From: a virus
IMG/VR virus record: IMGVR_UViG_3300045256_000135
Span: 96,001 to 160,000 of that record
Reading direction: 5' to 3' (one strand)
Length of the DNA stretch: 64,000 bases
A program made the translations under genes and the position numbers. The notes beneath the pieces were generated by a model. It was not told the origin of the DNA, ran no database searches, and worked only from the letters and a program-made list of their open reading frames with translations. This document shows positions 27,421 to 38,420 of the stretch, in pieces (the stretch's first letter is position 1; each line of letters begins with the position of its first letter).

Positions 27421-30400
27421 ATGAGCACAGCCCTCATTACGATCAATCAGTCCGGTAAGCCTGCAGGTGTCTCCGATCAATCAAGAGATGACCTCGCTCT
27501 CTACACAGGACCAGGGACTGAGATTCAACTAAGCTATTCAGGGGTCGGAGCGACCACGTTTCAGTGGCTTATCATTGATCAGCCACCCGGAGCAACCGCC
27601 ACTCTTTCAACACCAACTCTCGCAACTACCAACTTGGTAAATGCAACGGTAGCTGGTAGCTACCTAATCCAACTGGTAGTCGATGGTGGTGGTTCTATTG
27701 GGCAGATTACCCGAAGAATTGCCGCAATTCAGATGAACACTCCAAGCTGGGTAACTCCAAGCTTGAACCGGCCACTCCGCATCCCCGCCACCTCCGAGAC
27801 CAACGAGTTTAACGTTGACTCAAGTCCTGGGTCAGGCACCAACCTTCGCGGTTGGGCTTTGGAGATGGACCACTTTTTCAGAACAATCGTCAACTTTGCG
27901 TTTGGCACGATTGTCTCAGTTAACGGTGTTCAAGTTGGCACAGAAGCATTTCGACAGATTAACTTCTCCTCAGCGTTCTCCGGTGCTGATGCTGGTTCTG
28001 GGCAGGTAGACATTGGCTTGTCTGGATCGGTAGGTGGGATCTCAAACCTCAAGAACAACAATGTTGCTGTTGCTGGTTCTCCCTTCACAACCCTAGATTC
28101 GATCACACCAGACATCGCCACATCGTTTACGTATCAACCCACGCTAAACGTACAGTTTGAGAATGGTAGTAGCAATACCGGAAGACTGATCGCGACTGCA
28201 GGTGCCCACCAAGATCTTTCGCACGCACCTGGTATCGTTAAGGATCCAACTGTAACGCAGGCTGGGCTAGCCACTACGGTTAACACGGGTCCGAATCCGA
28301 TGACAGTTGCTGTCGCCGCACTTAATGCAGGTGGCACGCCAATTAGTGTGGTAACAAAGGGTCGAGTCGTAACACCTACCCAACTCCCATCAGGGTTTAC
28401 TGTCTCGCTCGCATCTCCTGGTACTACGCGCACTTTATACGATGTGTACCTCAAGTCGACCGACCTAACCCTAGACTTGTACGTGTACGCACAGACACTG
28501 AGTGCTAATGCTCCAGCAGTTCTGATTAACACGTCTCCGAATTTTCCAACGGGTTCCTACACTCTTGCAGTTGATGGGGCTGGTTTGTGGACGTTTGGGG
28601 GTGGTGAAAGCGTACTACAAGACGTGACCCAAGCTCAAGAAGTGATGCGGCTGTATTTGCCGAACGCCGTTGACTGGGTTGAGATCTATCGTTACACCAC
28701 CTCCGGTGCTGTTTCTGATAGTTGGACGATCAATGCCTGCAACCCCAACCACTACCTACCAATCTTTAGAGCACCCTACTGGCTAAACCCAGCTGGTAGC
28801 GTTAGCACATGGGGTTGGGCACAAAGCGGAACCCAGCGAGTCATTGACACTCGTCCCTACGGTACTGAGGATCTAGCACATGCACAAGACTCAATTCTGA
28901 AGCGAATCGATCTTGTTGGTGCTGACCAATGTCTGGACTTCGGGGTTGTGTTTTCGCACAAGCGAACTCTCAATTCTGCAACAGACCAAGGTGTTGACAG
29001 CTTTGCACTTACTACAGCAGGCGGTGCAGCTCCAGCAAACGCTACAGGTATCACAGGCGGTGCTGTTTGGATTCGAGGCCGCCGCTATGAAGTGAAGAGT
29101 ACGACACTGTTCTCTTCGCTCGGGTTGCTTTCAACCTACGCTGTTGTGGGTGTGACCGTTGGGCCAAATCAAACTCCAGCGATCACTGCAGTAACTGCGG
29201 TTTCTCCGGCAAATCTTATCAGTTTCGTACGCGCTCAAGTGCTGAAGCTGAAGCTGAATCCAACAGGGCAAGACATTGAAGAGACTGTGTTTTGCCCGCT
29301 GTACTTTGGGTCGATTAACGCCAGCTCCGTTATGGTGGTAGACGAACGAATCGATCTGCGCAGAAACGTTGGCAGTCTCAATACGTGGACTGTCGGAACT
29401 CGTACCTACGATGCTCTGACTGCTATCGGCACTGCCCTTCAAGGTTCAGTTGCGTACAACGGCAACATGGTAACCGATTACTTCGGTCCAGAGTACGAGA
29501 GCGTAGCATCCGCTCTACTTTGGCACGGTGTGATCACAGGTTCGAACAACCTGGAGCGTAACGGTGGTACGCTAGATAACCCGCCAACAAAGATTGAAAT
29601 CATTCGCGACACTTACGAGACCTTCCCGATTACGCTGTGGAATAACGTCTCTATCAGGGGTTGTGGCTTCCCTGCCATCAATATCACTCCGAGAGGCAAC
29701 TCAGCCTATCATGGGGCTGGGTTTCTCTACATTGGTGGCACTACGGCGCTAGCTGCTGGTGTTGGTAATCAGCTCTGCTACAACGTTGAAGTCAGTGGTG
29801 TTCGAATTGTAGCTACTGCTATCACTGGCACTGCCGTTGGCACGGAGCTGCTAAAGCTTACCGCGCCGAAGTGGGACAACACCAACTACACAAACGTTAA
29901 GCAGCCCTACGCGAGCTTGAAGAACGTCAAGATTTCGAACGTAGAGTTTGCTGTCAGCAACGGTGCAGGTTATGTGGTTGGCTCGGGGCTTGCTGCCATC
30001 CGTGTAGTTCCAGAGAGCGGAACAGCACCGTTTACGTCTGGATTCACAAGTGATCTGAAGTTTGATCACCTAGAGCTCGCACCTCAGGCTTTCGATTCAA
30101 CTGCTGCTTCCACTCTGGTGTTTTGGGACACAGCAATTCATTTTGCCGGGACCTCAGTTGCACCACAAGTTTATACGGGTGAGAACACACTGATCGAAGG
30201 CTCCGATCTTCGTTCAAATGTGGTCGGGTTAAAGTTTGCTTCTGCTGGACAGAAGAAGCTGAGACTGTGCAATAACAAGGTTGATGTCCTAAGCAGCACA
30301 GCATCTAAGGGTCTGGAAATCACAGACTCAAAGATGCAATTGCAGGTGGTTGACAACATTTTTACACTGACATCGACAGTTGCCACTGCATATGGTGTTG

Positions 30401-32220
30401 AGGTAACATCGTCAGCACTTCTGCAGTCGATCATCTCTAGAAACACACTTGGGTTAAGTGGCACCAACAACTCTCTGTCAATTGGTGTTTATCTCAATTC
30501 AGCTGGTACGAATGACCTGCAGTTCACAGGCAACAGACTTGCTGGATTTAGAACGGGATTCTCTGCTCAAGACGTTACCACTGTGACCGTAGCTCAGAAC
30601 ACGTTCACGATTGGTACGGCTTCAATCGATGGAAGCTCGAGAGGGTTGGTACAGTCCGGGCTGCAGACTGATTTCAATGTACGTGGAAACACATTCATTG
30701 GCTTCAGAGAAGCGATTGAGTTGACTGGTTCAGGTGCTTGCCAAGGCATTCTGGTTGCGGAAAACACGATTCGCGGCCAGATTGACTACATCACTGAGGG
30801 TAGCTACCATGCCAGAGGGGTACTTTACACCTACTCTGGTGCCGTATCGTCGGTTGACATCGGATTGGTGATCCGCGACAACCTCATCCAAGACCTGGTT
30901 GGCGACGCTGGAGTCAGTGATCCTTATGGCATGCCTGGTGGTGGCATCATTGTTGGAACCTCCGCAAGAACTGGCGTGTTTTACGGCGTGACCATAAAGG
31001 GTAACACGATCAGATTCAATCATGGCGTGAGTCGAACCAGCATCTCCACAATGTGGGCCGCGGGAATCTACTGCGCTGGAAACTTCGCTGGCAGTTCTAT
31101 TCGGCAAAACCACATCATCAATAACGACACAAAGTTCAACAACACAGCCCTCGGAAACAATGGCATCGTTGTTGACAACGCTGTGGCCTATGCTGGATTG
31201 GTGGATGCAGGGGTAGACATCTCTGACAACACCATTCTGTGGATGTCTTGCAATGCCGTTGACTCTGGCGGCACTCCAGTCTGGGACAAGCAGGCGGGCA
31301 TCTCGCTATTCGGTCGTTCCGACTTGTCCTCGATCAAGAATAACACAATCAAGCTTCAGTGCAGATTGGAAACTGCTGGTAGCCGGTATGGCTACATGCA
31401 TGGCATTCTTGTTGGCCAGATTGGCACTTTGACGAATGCAGCGCAAAGACTGTCAATTGTCGGTAACACAATCGAGGGTTGTCAGATTGATTCGACTGTC
31501 AATATTCCAGGGACTGTTGGTGCTGCTATTCAGGTTGCTGGAAACGCGGTGGACATTGACATCCTCGACAACAGTGTGAAGGGCATTTTCGTCGCGCATC
31601 CCAGCTACACGATTCCAGCACTGACCAGCCTGATAACTGTTGCTGTTGAAGGTAGTGCTGCACACTCTGGCATCGGTATCAATAACAACAAGATTGTCGG
31701 ACTCAGCTCTGCAGCATTTTCTGGCGTTCCTGGTGCTCAACTTGGCGCAGGTATCAGAGTTGGATCGACCGTCTGCGCAACTTCTTCGAACGTAAGCATT
31801 CGTGGAAATCATGTTGATGTTGAGCTTAACAGTAATGCGTCTCTAACTCACTCTGGTGCGATCGTACTAGAAGCACTTGATGCGGGGGTAACCACGGTTG
31901 GTTCTCATGCAATCATCAGCGCCAACTTTGTAAAGCGTACAGACCAAGGAGGTGCTCAGAGATCTAGAGGCATCAAGGTGGTTGGGTACAACTACGGGTC
32001 GTTCAAGGCCAACAAAGTTGTCCATGCAGCTGGGCAGGCGTTCGAAGTTGAGGACATTGCAGGCACTGGTTCGGTTGTAGCCAACAACTGGGGCCAGAAT
32101 CACTGCGGTCAGATCGGGGCGGTTGGAACACACTCTCTAGACGCGGCTTCGTATCTTGCTGATCCTGTTACAGGTGTCGGCAACGTTGGTACAAACACTG
32201 ATGGAGCGATCTTCTTCTGA
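27421..32220 (+). CDS. large tail spike/fibre with PKD-like N-terminus and right-handed beta-helix (candidate depolymerase)
   Basis: 1599 aa; FQW.IID.P.G..ATL...GSY.IQL.V N-domain; many I..N.I repeats in the C-terminal half. Confidence 0.75.
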   Translation: MSTALITINQSGKPAGVSDQSRDDLALYTGPGTEIQLSYSGVGATTFQWLIIDQPPGATATLSTPTLATTNLVNATVAGSYLIQLVVDGGGSIGQITRRIAAIQMNTPSWVTPSLNRPLRIPATSETNEFNVDSSPGSGTNLRGWALEMDHFFRTIVNFAFGTIVSVNGVQVGTEAFRQINFSSAFSGADAGSGQVDIGLSGSVGGISNLKNNNVAVAGSPFTTLDSITPDIATSFTYQPTLNVQFENGSSNTGRLIATAGAHQDLSHAPGIVKDPTVTQAGLATTVNTGPNPMTVAVAALNAGGTPISVVTKGRVVTPTQLPSGFTVSLASPGTTRTLYDVYLKSTDLTLDLYVYAQTLSANAPAVLINTSPNFPTGSYTLAVDGAGLWTFGGGESVLQDVTQAQEVMRLYLPNAVDWVEIYRYTTSGAVSDSWTINACNPNHYLPIFRAPYWLNPAGSVSTWGWAQSGTQRVIDTRPYGTEDLAHAQDSILKRIDLVGADQCLDFGVVFSHKRTLNSATDQGVDSFALTTAGGAAPANATGITGGAVWIRGRRYEVKSTTLFSSLGLLSTYAVVGVTVGPNQTPAITAVTAVSPANLISFVRAQVLKLKLNPTGQDIEETVFCPLYFGSINASSVMVVDERIDLRRNVGSLNTWTVGTRTYDALTAIGTALQGSVAYNGNMVTDYFGPEYESVASALLWHGVITGSNNLERNGGTLDNPPTKIEIIRDTYETFPITLWNNVSIRGCGFPAINITPRGNSAYHGAGFLYIGGTTALAAGVGNQLCYNVEVSGVRIVATAITGTAVGTELLKLTAPKWDNTNYTNVKQPYASLKNVKISNVEFAVSNGAGYVVGSGLAAIRVVPESGTAPFTSGFTSDLKFDHLELAPQAFDSTAASTLVFWDTAIHFAGTSVAPQVYTGENTLIEGSDLRSNVVGLKFASAGQKKLRLCNNKVDVLSSTASKGLEITDSKMQLQVVDNIFTLTSTVATAYGVEVTSSALLQSIISRNTLGLSGTNNSLSIGVYLNSAGTNDLQFTGNRLAGFRTGFSAQDVTTVTVAQNTFTIGTASIDGSSRGLVQSGLQTDFNVRGNTFIGFREAIELTGSGACQGILVAENTIRGQIDYITEGSYHARGVLYTYSGAVSSVDIGLVIRDNLIQDLVGDAGVSDPYGMPGGGIIVGTSARTGVFYGVTIKGNTIRFNHGVSRTSISTMWAAGIYCAGNFAGSSIRQNHIINNDTKFNNTALGNNGIVVDNAVAYAGLVDAGVDISDNTILWMSCNAVDSGGTPVWDKQAGISLFGRSDLSSIKNNTIKLQCRLETAGSRYGYMHGILVGQIGTLTNAAQRLSIVGNTIEGCQIDSTVNIPGTVGAAIQVAGNAVDIDILDNSVKGIFVAHPSYTIPALTSLITVAVEGSAAHSGIGINNNKIVGLSSAAFSGVPGAQLGAGIRVGSTVCATSSNVSIRGNHVDVELNSNASLTHSGAIVLEALDAGVTTVGSHAIISANFVKRTDQGGAQRSRGIKVVGYNYGSFKANKVVHAAGQAFEVEDIAGTGSVVANNWGQNHCGQIGAVGTHSLDAASYLADPVTGVGNVGTNTDGAIFF

Positions 32221-32489
32221 TGCATTTCTCAAACCTCAGTCCAGGTGATCAAGAGCAGCTTGACCTGTTGTCTCAAGAGGTTGAGCAAGCTAAACAAGCA
32301 TACCTTGAGAAGGTTAAGCGGTTAGCAGAACTCGAAGCATCACTGCGTAAAACGTACGAAATTCCACTCAGCTATCTAATCCTCAGAACAAGCGAGAAAC
32401 AGGTAGAAGACAGTCCTAACGTGTCAACGAAGGATCCAGAGCCATTAGCACCACCTCTACTTGTAAAAGGGAAGTCTAAGCGAAGATGA
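32220..32489 (+). CDS. small coiled-coil protein (possible fibre chaperone)
   Basis: 89 aa; TGATG-coupled after the spike gene. Confidence 0.55.
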   Translation: MHFSNLSPGDQEQLDLLSQEVEQAKQAYLEKVKRLAELEASLRKTYEIPLSYLILRTSEKQVEDSPNVSTKDPEPLAPPLLVKGKSKRR

Positions 32490-32917
32490 GCTGGGGACTC
32501 GGTTTTGGACTACTGCCATGGGGGCACTGCATCGGAGGTGGACCTGACCTTGATGCTCCGGTGATTTCATTGCAGTCCCCAGCGAATGGTTCAGTGTTCG
32601 TTCCCAATTTCGCTCCAGTGCAGTTTAGACTAACTGAGCCAACCAGTAAGGTTGACCTTGGTAGTGTGCAAGTCCGAATTCAGCAAGGCAACCTCAGCAA
32701 GATTGCTCTAGCTAATGGTTTGTTTCAAGCTCCGTTTGCAAGTGGTTCAACGATTGTAGCAAATGGGTCGGGATTTGATGTGGTTATTCGTCCCGGAACT
32801 CCTTGGTTTCAAGGAGCGTCAGTGACTGTGTACGTTGAGGCAACTGACTGTTACTGCAATACTCTCACAGCATCCTGGTCGTTTACTATCGCCCCGTGTT
32901 ATGGGTGCGTGACCTGA
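32486..32917 (+). CDS. Ig-like (Big-type) virion protein with N-terminal WG motif
   Basis: APVI...SPANG...V, V.V.A.D..N....WSFT Ig-like signature. Confidence 0.65.
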   Translation: MSWGLGFGLLPWGHCIGGGPDLDAPVISLQSPANGSVFVPNFAPVQFRLTEPTSKVDLGSVQVRIQQGNLSKIALANGLFQAPFASGSTIVANGSGFDVVIRPGTPWFQGASVTVYVEATDCYCNTLTASWSFTIAPCYGCVT

Positions 32918-32927
32918 TAGGTTTAAC

Positions 32928-35777
32928 ATGGCTGCTATTATTCGGATAGATCAGGCTGCAAACACAACGCCAACCGGCACTGCTGGGAAGGCGCGAATTG
33001 ATCTGTGGCAAAATCAGACCATCTCTCTGGTTTGCACCCAGATCAACAGTTCATATCAGTGGAGCTTTCTCGATAAGCCTCTGACTAGCTCAGCAACCAT
33101 CACAAACCCAACTTCGCAAACTGCAACGTTTGTTCCAGATGTTCTGGGGTCGTATCGAATTCAGCTCATCACAAATGGTGGCGGGCCTACTAACCAGTCG
33201 GTTCTTGTTGCAGTTGTTCGTTACAATAACGCGGGTGTACTCCAACAGAGTGGGATGTTTGTTCCAGCTTTGGGTGAGCTGCCTGGAGAGAACAACTACA
33301 ACACCACTCAGCAGCCCTCTGGTAATACACGGAGCTGGGACTACCCATTCGAGTTAATTATCGCGGCGATCATCGCTGGAGGGGGAGGCGGTTCTGGAAT
33401 CACCCAACTCACTGGAGACGTGCTAGCTGGCCCAGGGTCTGGATCACAAGTAGCTACAGTTGTAAAGCTTACAGGTACAGGTGGCGTTGTTAACGGGCAG
33501 TCAACCGCTATCAAGTGGACTGACGGCGCTGGAACGCCTCCCGCTGCTGGAGGGAAGCTTAGATTCCCAGCACCCGCAGCTGGACTCTACAACGAGTATC
33601 CGCTTATCACCGTTCGGAAGTCTGATGGGTCAGGGGACTTGGATGTTCTGAGATCCATTGAGACCAACTCAACATCGACTACCCTGATGGTGGGTGATCC
33701 TAACCTTCAGTATAGCACACTGGTGGGTGGTGTAGCTGCTATAGCTACTGCAGTTACAGGTGGTGGTCCATCGGGTGCTTATGTTTTGGTACGACCAGAC
33801 GGGTTGGTCGGAATCAATGCAGCCGGCGGCCTGGGAAACCCAGTTGTTGAGCTAAGCGACAATCTGGTAGCAGATTATGCTGTAGAGTTTGCTCTAGACT
33901 ATAACGGCACGACGATCCTTCAGTTTGGTCCGCAAGTCACATCAGCTGTTATCAAACAGGTTGACTCAGCTGGAGCTGGAGCTGATCTGAAGATTCAAGC
34001 AGCCAATGCAGGTGGTGCAAACAACTCGGGTGGCAACCTTAGGCTTGTAGCTGGTACTGCAACAGGCTCTGGTACTACAGGGACAATCAGAGCCCACAAT
34101 GATATTCTGCTTGATAGTAGCATTGGATCCTTCCCAGCCCAGGGATTCATTAGGACCAAGCTCTATGCAGGTGCTACGGATCTTTGGCGAGGCATTAACT
34201 CAGGTGGTGAGGCCACAGTTCTTCGCCAACAGGGAGCTTCACTAATCTTCGGTGACTCAAACGCAGTGAGTGGTTGGAGCACTCAGCTGAGTGGGTTTGA
34301 TGTTGCCGCTAACGCAAGAAACAGTTTGGTATTGTACGCTCCGTACATCGCCCTAGCTGATTTTGCTACTGCTACAGAACGTGGAAGGTTCATTCCAGCA
34401 GCTGGATCACTGACACTTCAGTCTGTAGAAGCGAACACCACCACGTTAATAACGCAGGCTGCTAGAGCGTCTGATTCAGTCACTAACGACATTACGGTGC
34501 AACCGCAGCCTCCGTTTGCATCAGCTGCAACCAACAAGAGTGGTGGCAATTTTGTGGTAGCTACTAAAGCTGCCACTGGTGGAGTTTCTGTAGGGCCATT
34601 CCTCAAAGTAACATATGATCAGGGAGGAGGTACTGTCCCATCTATTTCGATGGGGAACTACAGCAATGGTGGTTACGGCGCCATGTGGTTCATGCAGACG
34701 TCACCTAGCACCTCAAACTGGTCGTTTCTTGGCAGTGCTGCTGACATCTATTTCAATGCGCCAACCACCAACATCTACTTTGGTGTTGCAACGTCCTACA
34801 AGGTGCGTCTCAACAACACCACACTGATAATTGGCTCCGATTATGCGACGCCAAGCTACACGTTTGATCTATCAGCCACAGCAAAGATTCGTTTCAATGA
34901 TGCGGCAACATCAGCTGCAATAATCTTTGATCAGAGGGGCTCTGACGCTACTACCCGAGCTCTGACAATCACCGGCCAGCAAGCATTTACAGGTGCAACT
35001 GGTGGTAACCGAAATGGTGGCTCTGTAACCATTACGGGTGGTGCTGCAGACGGTGGTGGTACAGGCGGGTTGCTCAAACTTCAAGCTGGCTCGTCTACTT
35101 CTGGTACTGGTGGTCAACTGCAGTTGTACAGTGGCGGTCCAACGGCAACACCAGGACTTATCACTATTCAAGCTGGAGGCAATAGCGCGAATGCTACTAT
35201 CTGGATCAACCAGACTAGCATTGAACTCGGTGGAGCTGGTGCAAACGTTGCGAACATCTATCTTGAAGCGCCAACCATTACGTTCAGAGACAATTCGAAT
35301 AACCCGATTCTAACTCTGAGCCACACTACGGGAACAACGAATCCCACATATTCGGTGGCAGCTAACGTTACAGGCTTTACACTCAAGCAAGCCGATCTTA
35401 CTACCAACTCGGGTACGGGTGCTACGTTTACCATTCAGTCACAGAATGAGACTGGCACAACGTCTGTTGGTGGTCCTCTGCATCTCGTATCAGGAACAGG
35501 AACAACGAGCGCTGGAGCCATCAGGGCCAAGCTCGGTGGGAACACAATGATCGAAGCCGCAGAGGTTGCGGCCGGACGTCGAGTAGTATCCCTGGCCTTT
35601 GGTTCTGATCTCACCACCACACAAATGCCAGCAAACACTGGTGATAGAGTGGTATTCCTCGCGGATGCAGCTACTGTGCCAACTGCAAACCCAGTGGGTG
35701 GTGGGATCTGGTATTCATCTGGTGGTTCACTATACTGGCGTAATCCAAGCGGACAAGTTACGCAGATTGCTCCCTGA
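32928..35777 (+). CDS. Gly-rich tail fibre protein with PKD-like N-terminus
   Basis: 949 aa; N-domain paralogous to 27421; GG.L.L..G repeats; GG..YS.GG.L.WR..SG C-terminus. Confidence 0.75.
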   Translation: MAAIIRIDQAANTTPTGTAGKARIDLWQNQTISLVCTQINSSYQWSFLDKPLTSSATITNPTSQTATFVPDVLGSYRIQLITNGGGPTNQSVLVAVVRYNNAGVLQQSGMFVPALGELPGENNYNTTQQPSGNTRSWDYPFELIIAAIIAGGGGGSGITQLTGDVLAGPGSGSQVATVVKLTGTGGVVNGQSTAIKWTDGAGTPPAAGGKLRFPAPAAGLYNEYPLITVRKSDGSGDLDVLRSIETNSTSTTLMVGDPNLQYSTLVGGVAAIATAVTGGGPSGAYVLVRPDGLVGINAAGGLGNPVVELSDNLVADYAVEFALDYNGTTILQFGPQVTSAVIKQVDSAGAGADLKIQAANAGGANNSGGNLRLVAGTATGSGTTGTIRAHNDILLDSSIGSFPAQGFIRTKLYAGATDLWRGINSGGEATVLRQQGASLIFGDSNAVSGWSTQLSGFDVAANARNSLVLYAPYIALADFATATERGRFIPAAGSLTLQSVEANTTTLITQAARASDSVTNDITVQPQPPFASAATNKSGGNFVVATKAATGGVSVGPFLKVTYDQGGGTVPSISMGNYSNGGYGAMWFMQTSPSTSNWSFLGSAADIYFNAPTTNIYFGVATSYKVRLNNTTLIIGSDYATPSYTFDLSATAKIRFNDAATSAAIIFDQRGSDATTRALTITGQQAFTGATGGNRNGGSVTITGGAADGGGTGGLLKLQAGSSTSGTGGQLQLYSGGPTATPGLITIQAGGNSANATIWINQTSIELGGAGANVANIYLEAPTITFRDNSNNPILTLSHTTGTTNPTYSVAANVTGFTLKQADLTTNSGTGATFTIQSQNETGTTSVGGPLHLVSGTGTTSAGAIRAKLGGNTMIEAAEVAAGRRVVSLAFGSDLTTTQMPANTGDRVVFLADAATVPTANPVGGGIWYSSGGSLYWRNPSGQVTQIAP

Positions 35778-35788
35778 AGGTTAATGAA

Positions 35789-36172
35789 ATGGCTGCTCCC
35801 GCATTCAACAAGAAAGTTCTCGTCAACGAGAAGCTAATTCCAGCCTCCTTAGCTGGCTCACCACTCACTAGCGATCTGTATGATTTTGCTGCAGAAGCTA
35901 CTGATCGATTCTTTCGTGTGAGACTTGAGTGGCTTGTTCGAAACGATTCAGATCTCTCACAAGGGCGAACGGGTGGTCGACACTGTTTGGTTAGGTGGCC
36001 AGGTTCAGGTACTATGTCGATCATAGCTCAAGCTGCACTAGAAACAGATGCAGCTGCTGGTGCTGGTGGCACCTTTGTTTTTGCAGTTTCTGGATCGAAG
36101 GTCCAGGTAACTTTCTCAAACGATGCTGGTGTTACGGGAGAGATTGAGTACATTCTGTCTATCTACTCTTGA
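35789..36172 (+). CDS. hypothetical beta-rich virion protein
   Basis: 127 aa within the fibre cluster. Confidence 0.6.
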   Translation: MAAPAFNKKVLVNEKLIPASLAGSPLTSDLYDFAAEATDRFFRVRLEWLVRNDSDLSQGRTGGRHCLVRWPGSGTMSIIAQAALETDAAAGAGGTFVFAVSGSKVQVTFSNDAGVTGEIEYILSIYS

Positions 36173-36180
36173 GGTTGAAA

Positions 36181-36546
36181 ATGCGAGCGATTGTAGTTCC
36201 GGAACAAGTGATGCTGTCAGTTTCTACCACGAATCAGAGCACCGGAGCTCTGGAGGTGGTGAAGATGCCACTAGACTTCGTTTCAAACTTCATCATGACC
36301 ACAATTCTACATGATCCGAAGTGGGGCAAGTCAGTGGAATGGCTGCATGCCGCTTTTGATATCAAAGTGGCCTTCAGTAAAGCCACTCCCGGAAGTGTAG
36401 TGTCACTCACGACTGAGTGTTTTGCTAAACTGGAGGATGTGGTTCGAAACCCCACCGCGGGTTACAATCCAGTTGTCATGCTCGAAGCGATGTCGTTTAT
36501 CGACGCCGTGCTAACAGCGCAAACCGTCGGGGTTGAATCCAAGTGA
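36181..36546 (+). CDS. hypothetical protein (possible fibre assembly chaperone)
   Basis: GAGG SD before ATG 36181; GTGA-coupled to the next gene. Confidence 0.55.
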   Translation: MRAIVVPEQVMLSVSTTNQSTGALEVVKMPLDFVSNFIMTTILHDPKWGKSVEWLHAAFDIKVAFSKATPGSVVSLTTECFAKLEDVVRNPTAGYNPVVMLEAMSFIDAVLTAQTVGVESK

Positions 36547-38420
36547 GCTGTGTTCCTGCAGGTTGGGGTTTCGGTCAACAGGGGCTTGATCCATGGGGTG
36601 GGCAGGCGTTTGTTCCGGGGGGTCCTTTACCTGTAGCTACACCGTTCAATATCTACTGCATTGGTCCTTGTGGGCCAATGAGTGCGATCCTAAGCTACGT
36701 TGGAGTTACGGAATCAGGATCAGCACTGAGCCGATTTATTGACGGTGTTACAGAGGACCTGGTAATCGGTGCTGGTGTAGTGTGGCCAGCGAATTTCCAG
36801 TTGTTTGTTGCATCTACTGTAGCTGGTACTTGGACACTTGACTTCACTGTCATGTTTGTGTCGTTGCCAAACGACTTCTCAAATATTCCAAGCGACGGCC
36901 TGTACGTCGGTCAAAACACAGTTGGTGGTAATAACGGAGGCTTGTTTTTCTCTAAAGCTGGCATAGCTTGGGCACCCTGTGTCAGAGTGGTAGCTGGAGC
37001 ACTCACACCAGATTCATACTCAGTCCTCCCTAGCTCACAGTTTCTGATCTCTGAGGGTGAGTATTACTCGTTTAGGATTGCTGTTAGTCAGACATCTGGA
37101 AAGAGCTACATCTACGTAACAAAAACGAGTGATTTGTCGACCATTGGTCACCAGCTAAGATACGTACTCGCTGCAACATCATCGGCAACTTGCCTAAGTT
37201 CACAGAGTCGCACCATTGTTGGTGCGAATGGGCTAGCAACTGCGAACGTTTTGTCACTGGATTCAATCTGTCTTGCGGATGGGCTGATTGTTCCTGACAC
37301 CTGCGATCCAATTCACACTATCACCAAGAACCTCTCTATGCAGTGGGGCCTTGGCATGTGGGGATTGCAGGCTTGGGGAGGGGCGGGGTTATACACGTTC
37401 ACCGTAGTTGGAGCTGGACAGCCAAATCCAACGCAGATTACACCCATCACGGGTTCCACTATCGGTGGAGACGAGTTCGTACTCACTGGGACGGATCTAG
37501 CTACGTTTTTCTACAACGACACCTTTTCAGATGGTGTTTTGAACAACGTATTGTGGGGGCAGCTTGGACCGAATCCCGTAACAGAGGGACCAATTGGACC
37601 AGCTGGTGCAGTACAGTGCAACACTGGTAGCATACCAGGATCTTACTCTGGCATTGAAGCGCAATTACTCAAGCTAAAGGGTGATTTTCACGACCAGATT
37701 GACTTCAATATCAGCACTAACTTTCTGAAGAACTTGCCTGCTTCAGAAGTAACACTAGCAGCTATTGAAGCGTATGACGATCCAGGCAACTTCATCAGAC
37801 TGTCGTATATCGTCAAGGGGCCTACAGCCAAGACTGGTACAATTCGCTGCGAAGTTTGGAAGGGTGGTGTTCAGCTCCACGTGCTCGAGCAGCCATACTC
37901 AGCTTCTACCGGAACGCTTGGTATTATGCGATACTACGACGATGTTGAACAAGACTCTAGAGCAGTCTTCTGGTTGAACGGGAACCAGATTCAGAAAACG
38001 TTTGACGCACCCTCCTGCACACTCACGCTCAGGATCTTCTCGTTCAATGGTGGATCGCCATATCAGATACAGTCGTCGTTCGATTCGTTCAAAGCCAAAA
38101 CTGTCGTGTTGTTCAAAGGGCCATCTGGGGTGGAACCATCTACAGCAGTAATCGAAGTGTCAGAGTTCAGAGTGCGTGGCCTGACTCCAGCAACGGTTGG
38201 CGAATGGGCTGGACTTGTGGACATTCAGGTGTCCAATGGTGCTGGCACGTGTTGTCGTGGGACCTTAGCTCAGGCGTTTACGTATGTGTACCCTGAGGCA
38301 TTCGTTGTGGGTAGAGCTCAACCCTTCCGTCCAACCACAAGAGAGATGTCCCTTACGAACGACCCTGCACTTCGAAACATTGGACCTAACGTTGGCAATA
38401 GTTTGAGAAAGCAATTCTGA
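36543..38420 (+). CDS. virion protein with lectin-like and split IPT/TIG-like domains
   Basis: P..ITP..GST.GG....LTG and G.VDI.V.N.......FTY IPT halves flank an insertion; two WG motifs. Confidence 0.55.
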   Translation: MSCVPAGWGFGQQGLDPWGGQAFVPGGPLPVATPFNIYCIGPCGPMSAILSYVGVTESGSALSRFIDGVTEDLVIGAGVVWPANFQLFVASTVAGTWTLDFTVMFVSLPNDFSNIPSDGLYVGQNTVGGNNGGLFFSKAGIAWAPCVRVVAGALTPDSYSVLPSSQFLISEGEYYSFRIAVSQTSGKSYIYVTKTSDLSTIGHQLRYVLAATSSATCLSSQSRTIVGANGLATANVLSLDSICLADGLIVPDTCDPIHTITKNLSMQWGLGMWGLQAWGGAGLYTFTVVGAGQPNPTQITPITGSTIGGDEFVLTGTDLATFFYNDTFSDGVLNNVLWGQLGPNPVTEGPIGPAGAVQCNTGSIPGSYSGIEAQLLKLKGDFHDQIDFNISTNFLKNLPASEVTLAAIEAYDDPGNFIRLSYIVKGPTAKTGTIRCEVWKGGVQLHVLEQPYSASTGTLGIMRYYDDVEQDSRAVFWLNGNQIQKTFDAPSCTLTLRIFSFNGGSPYQIQSSFDSFKAKTVVLFKGPSGVEPSTAVIEVSEFRVRGLTPATVGEWAGLVDIQVSNGAGTCCRGTLAQAFTYVYPEAFVVGRAQPFRPTTREMSLTNDPALRNIGPNVGNSLRKQF

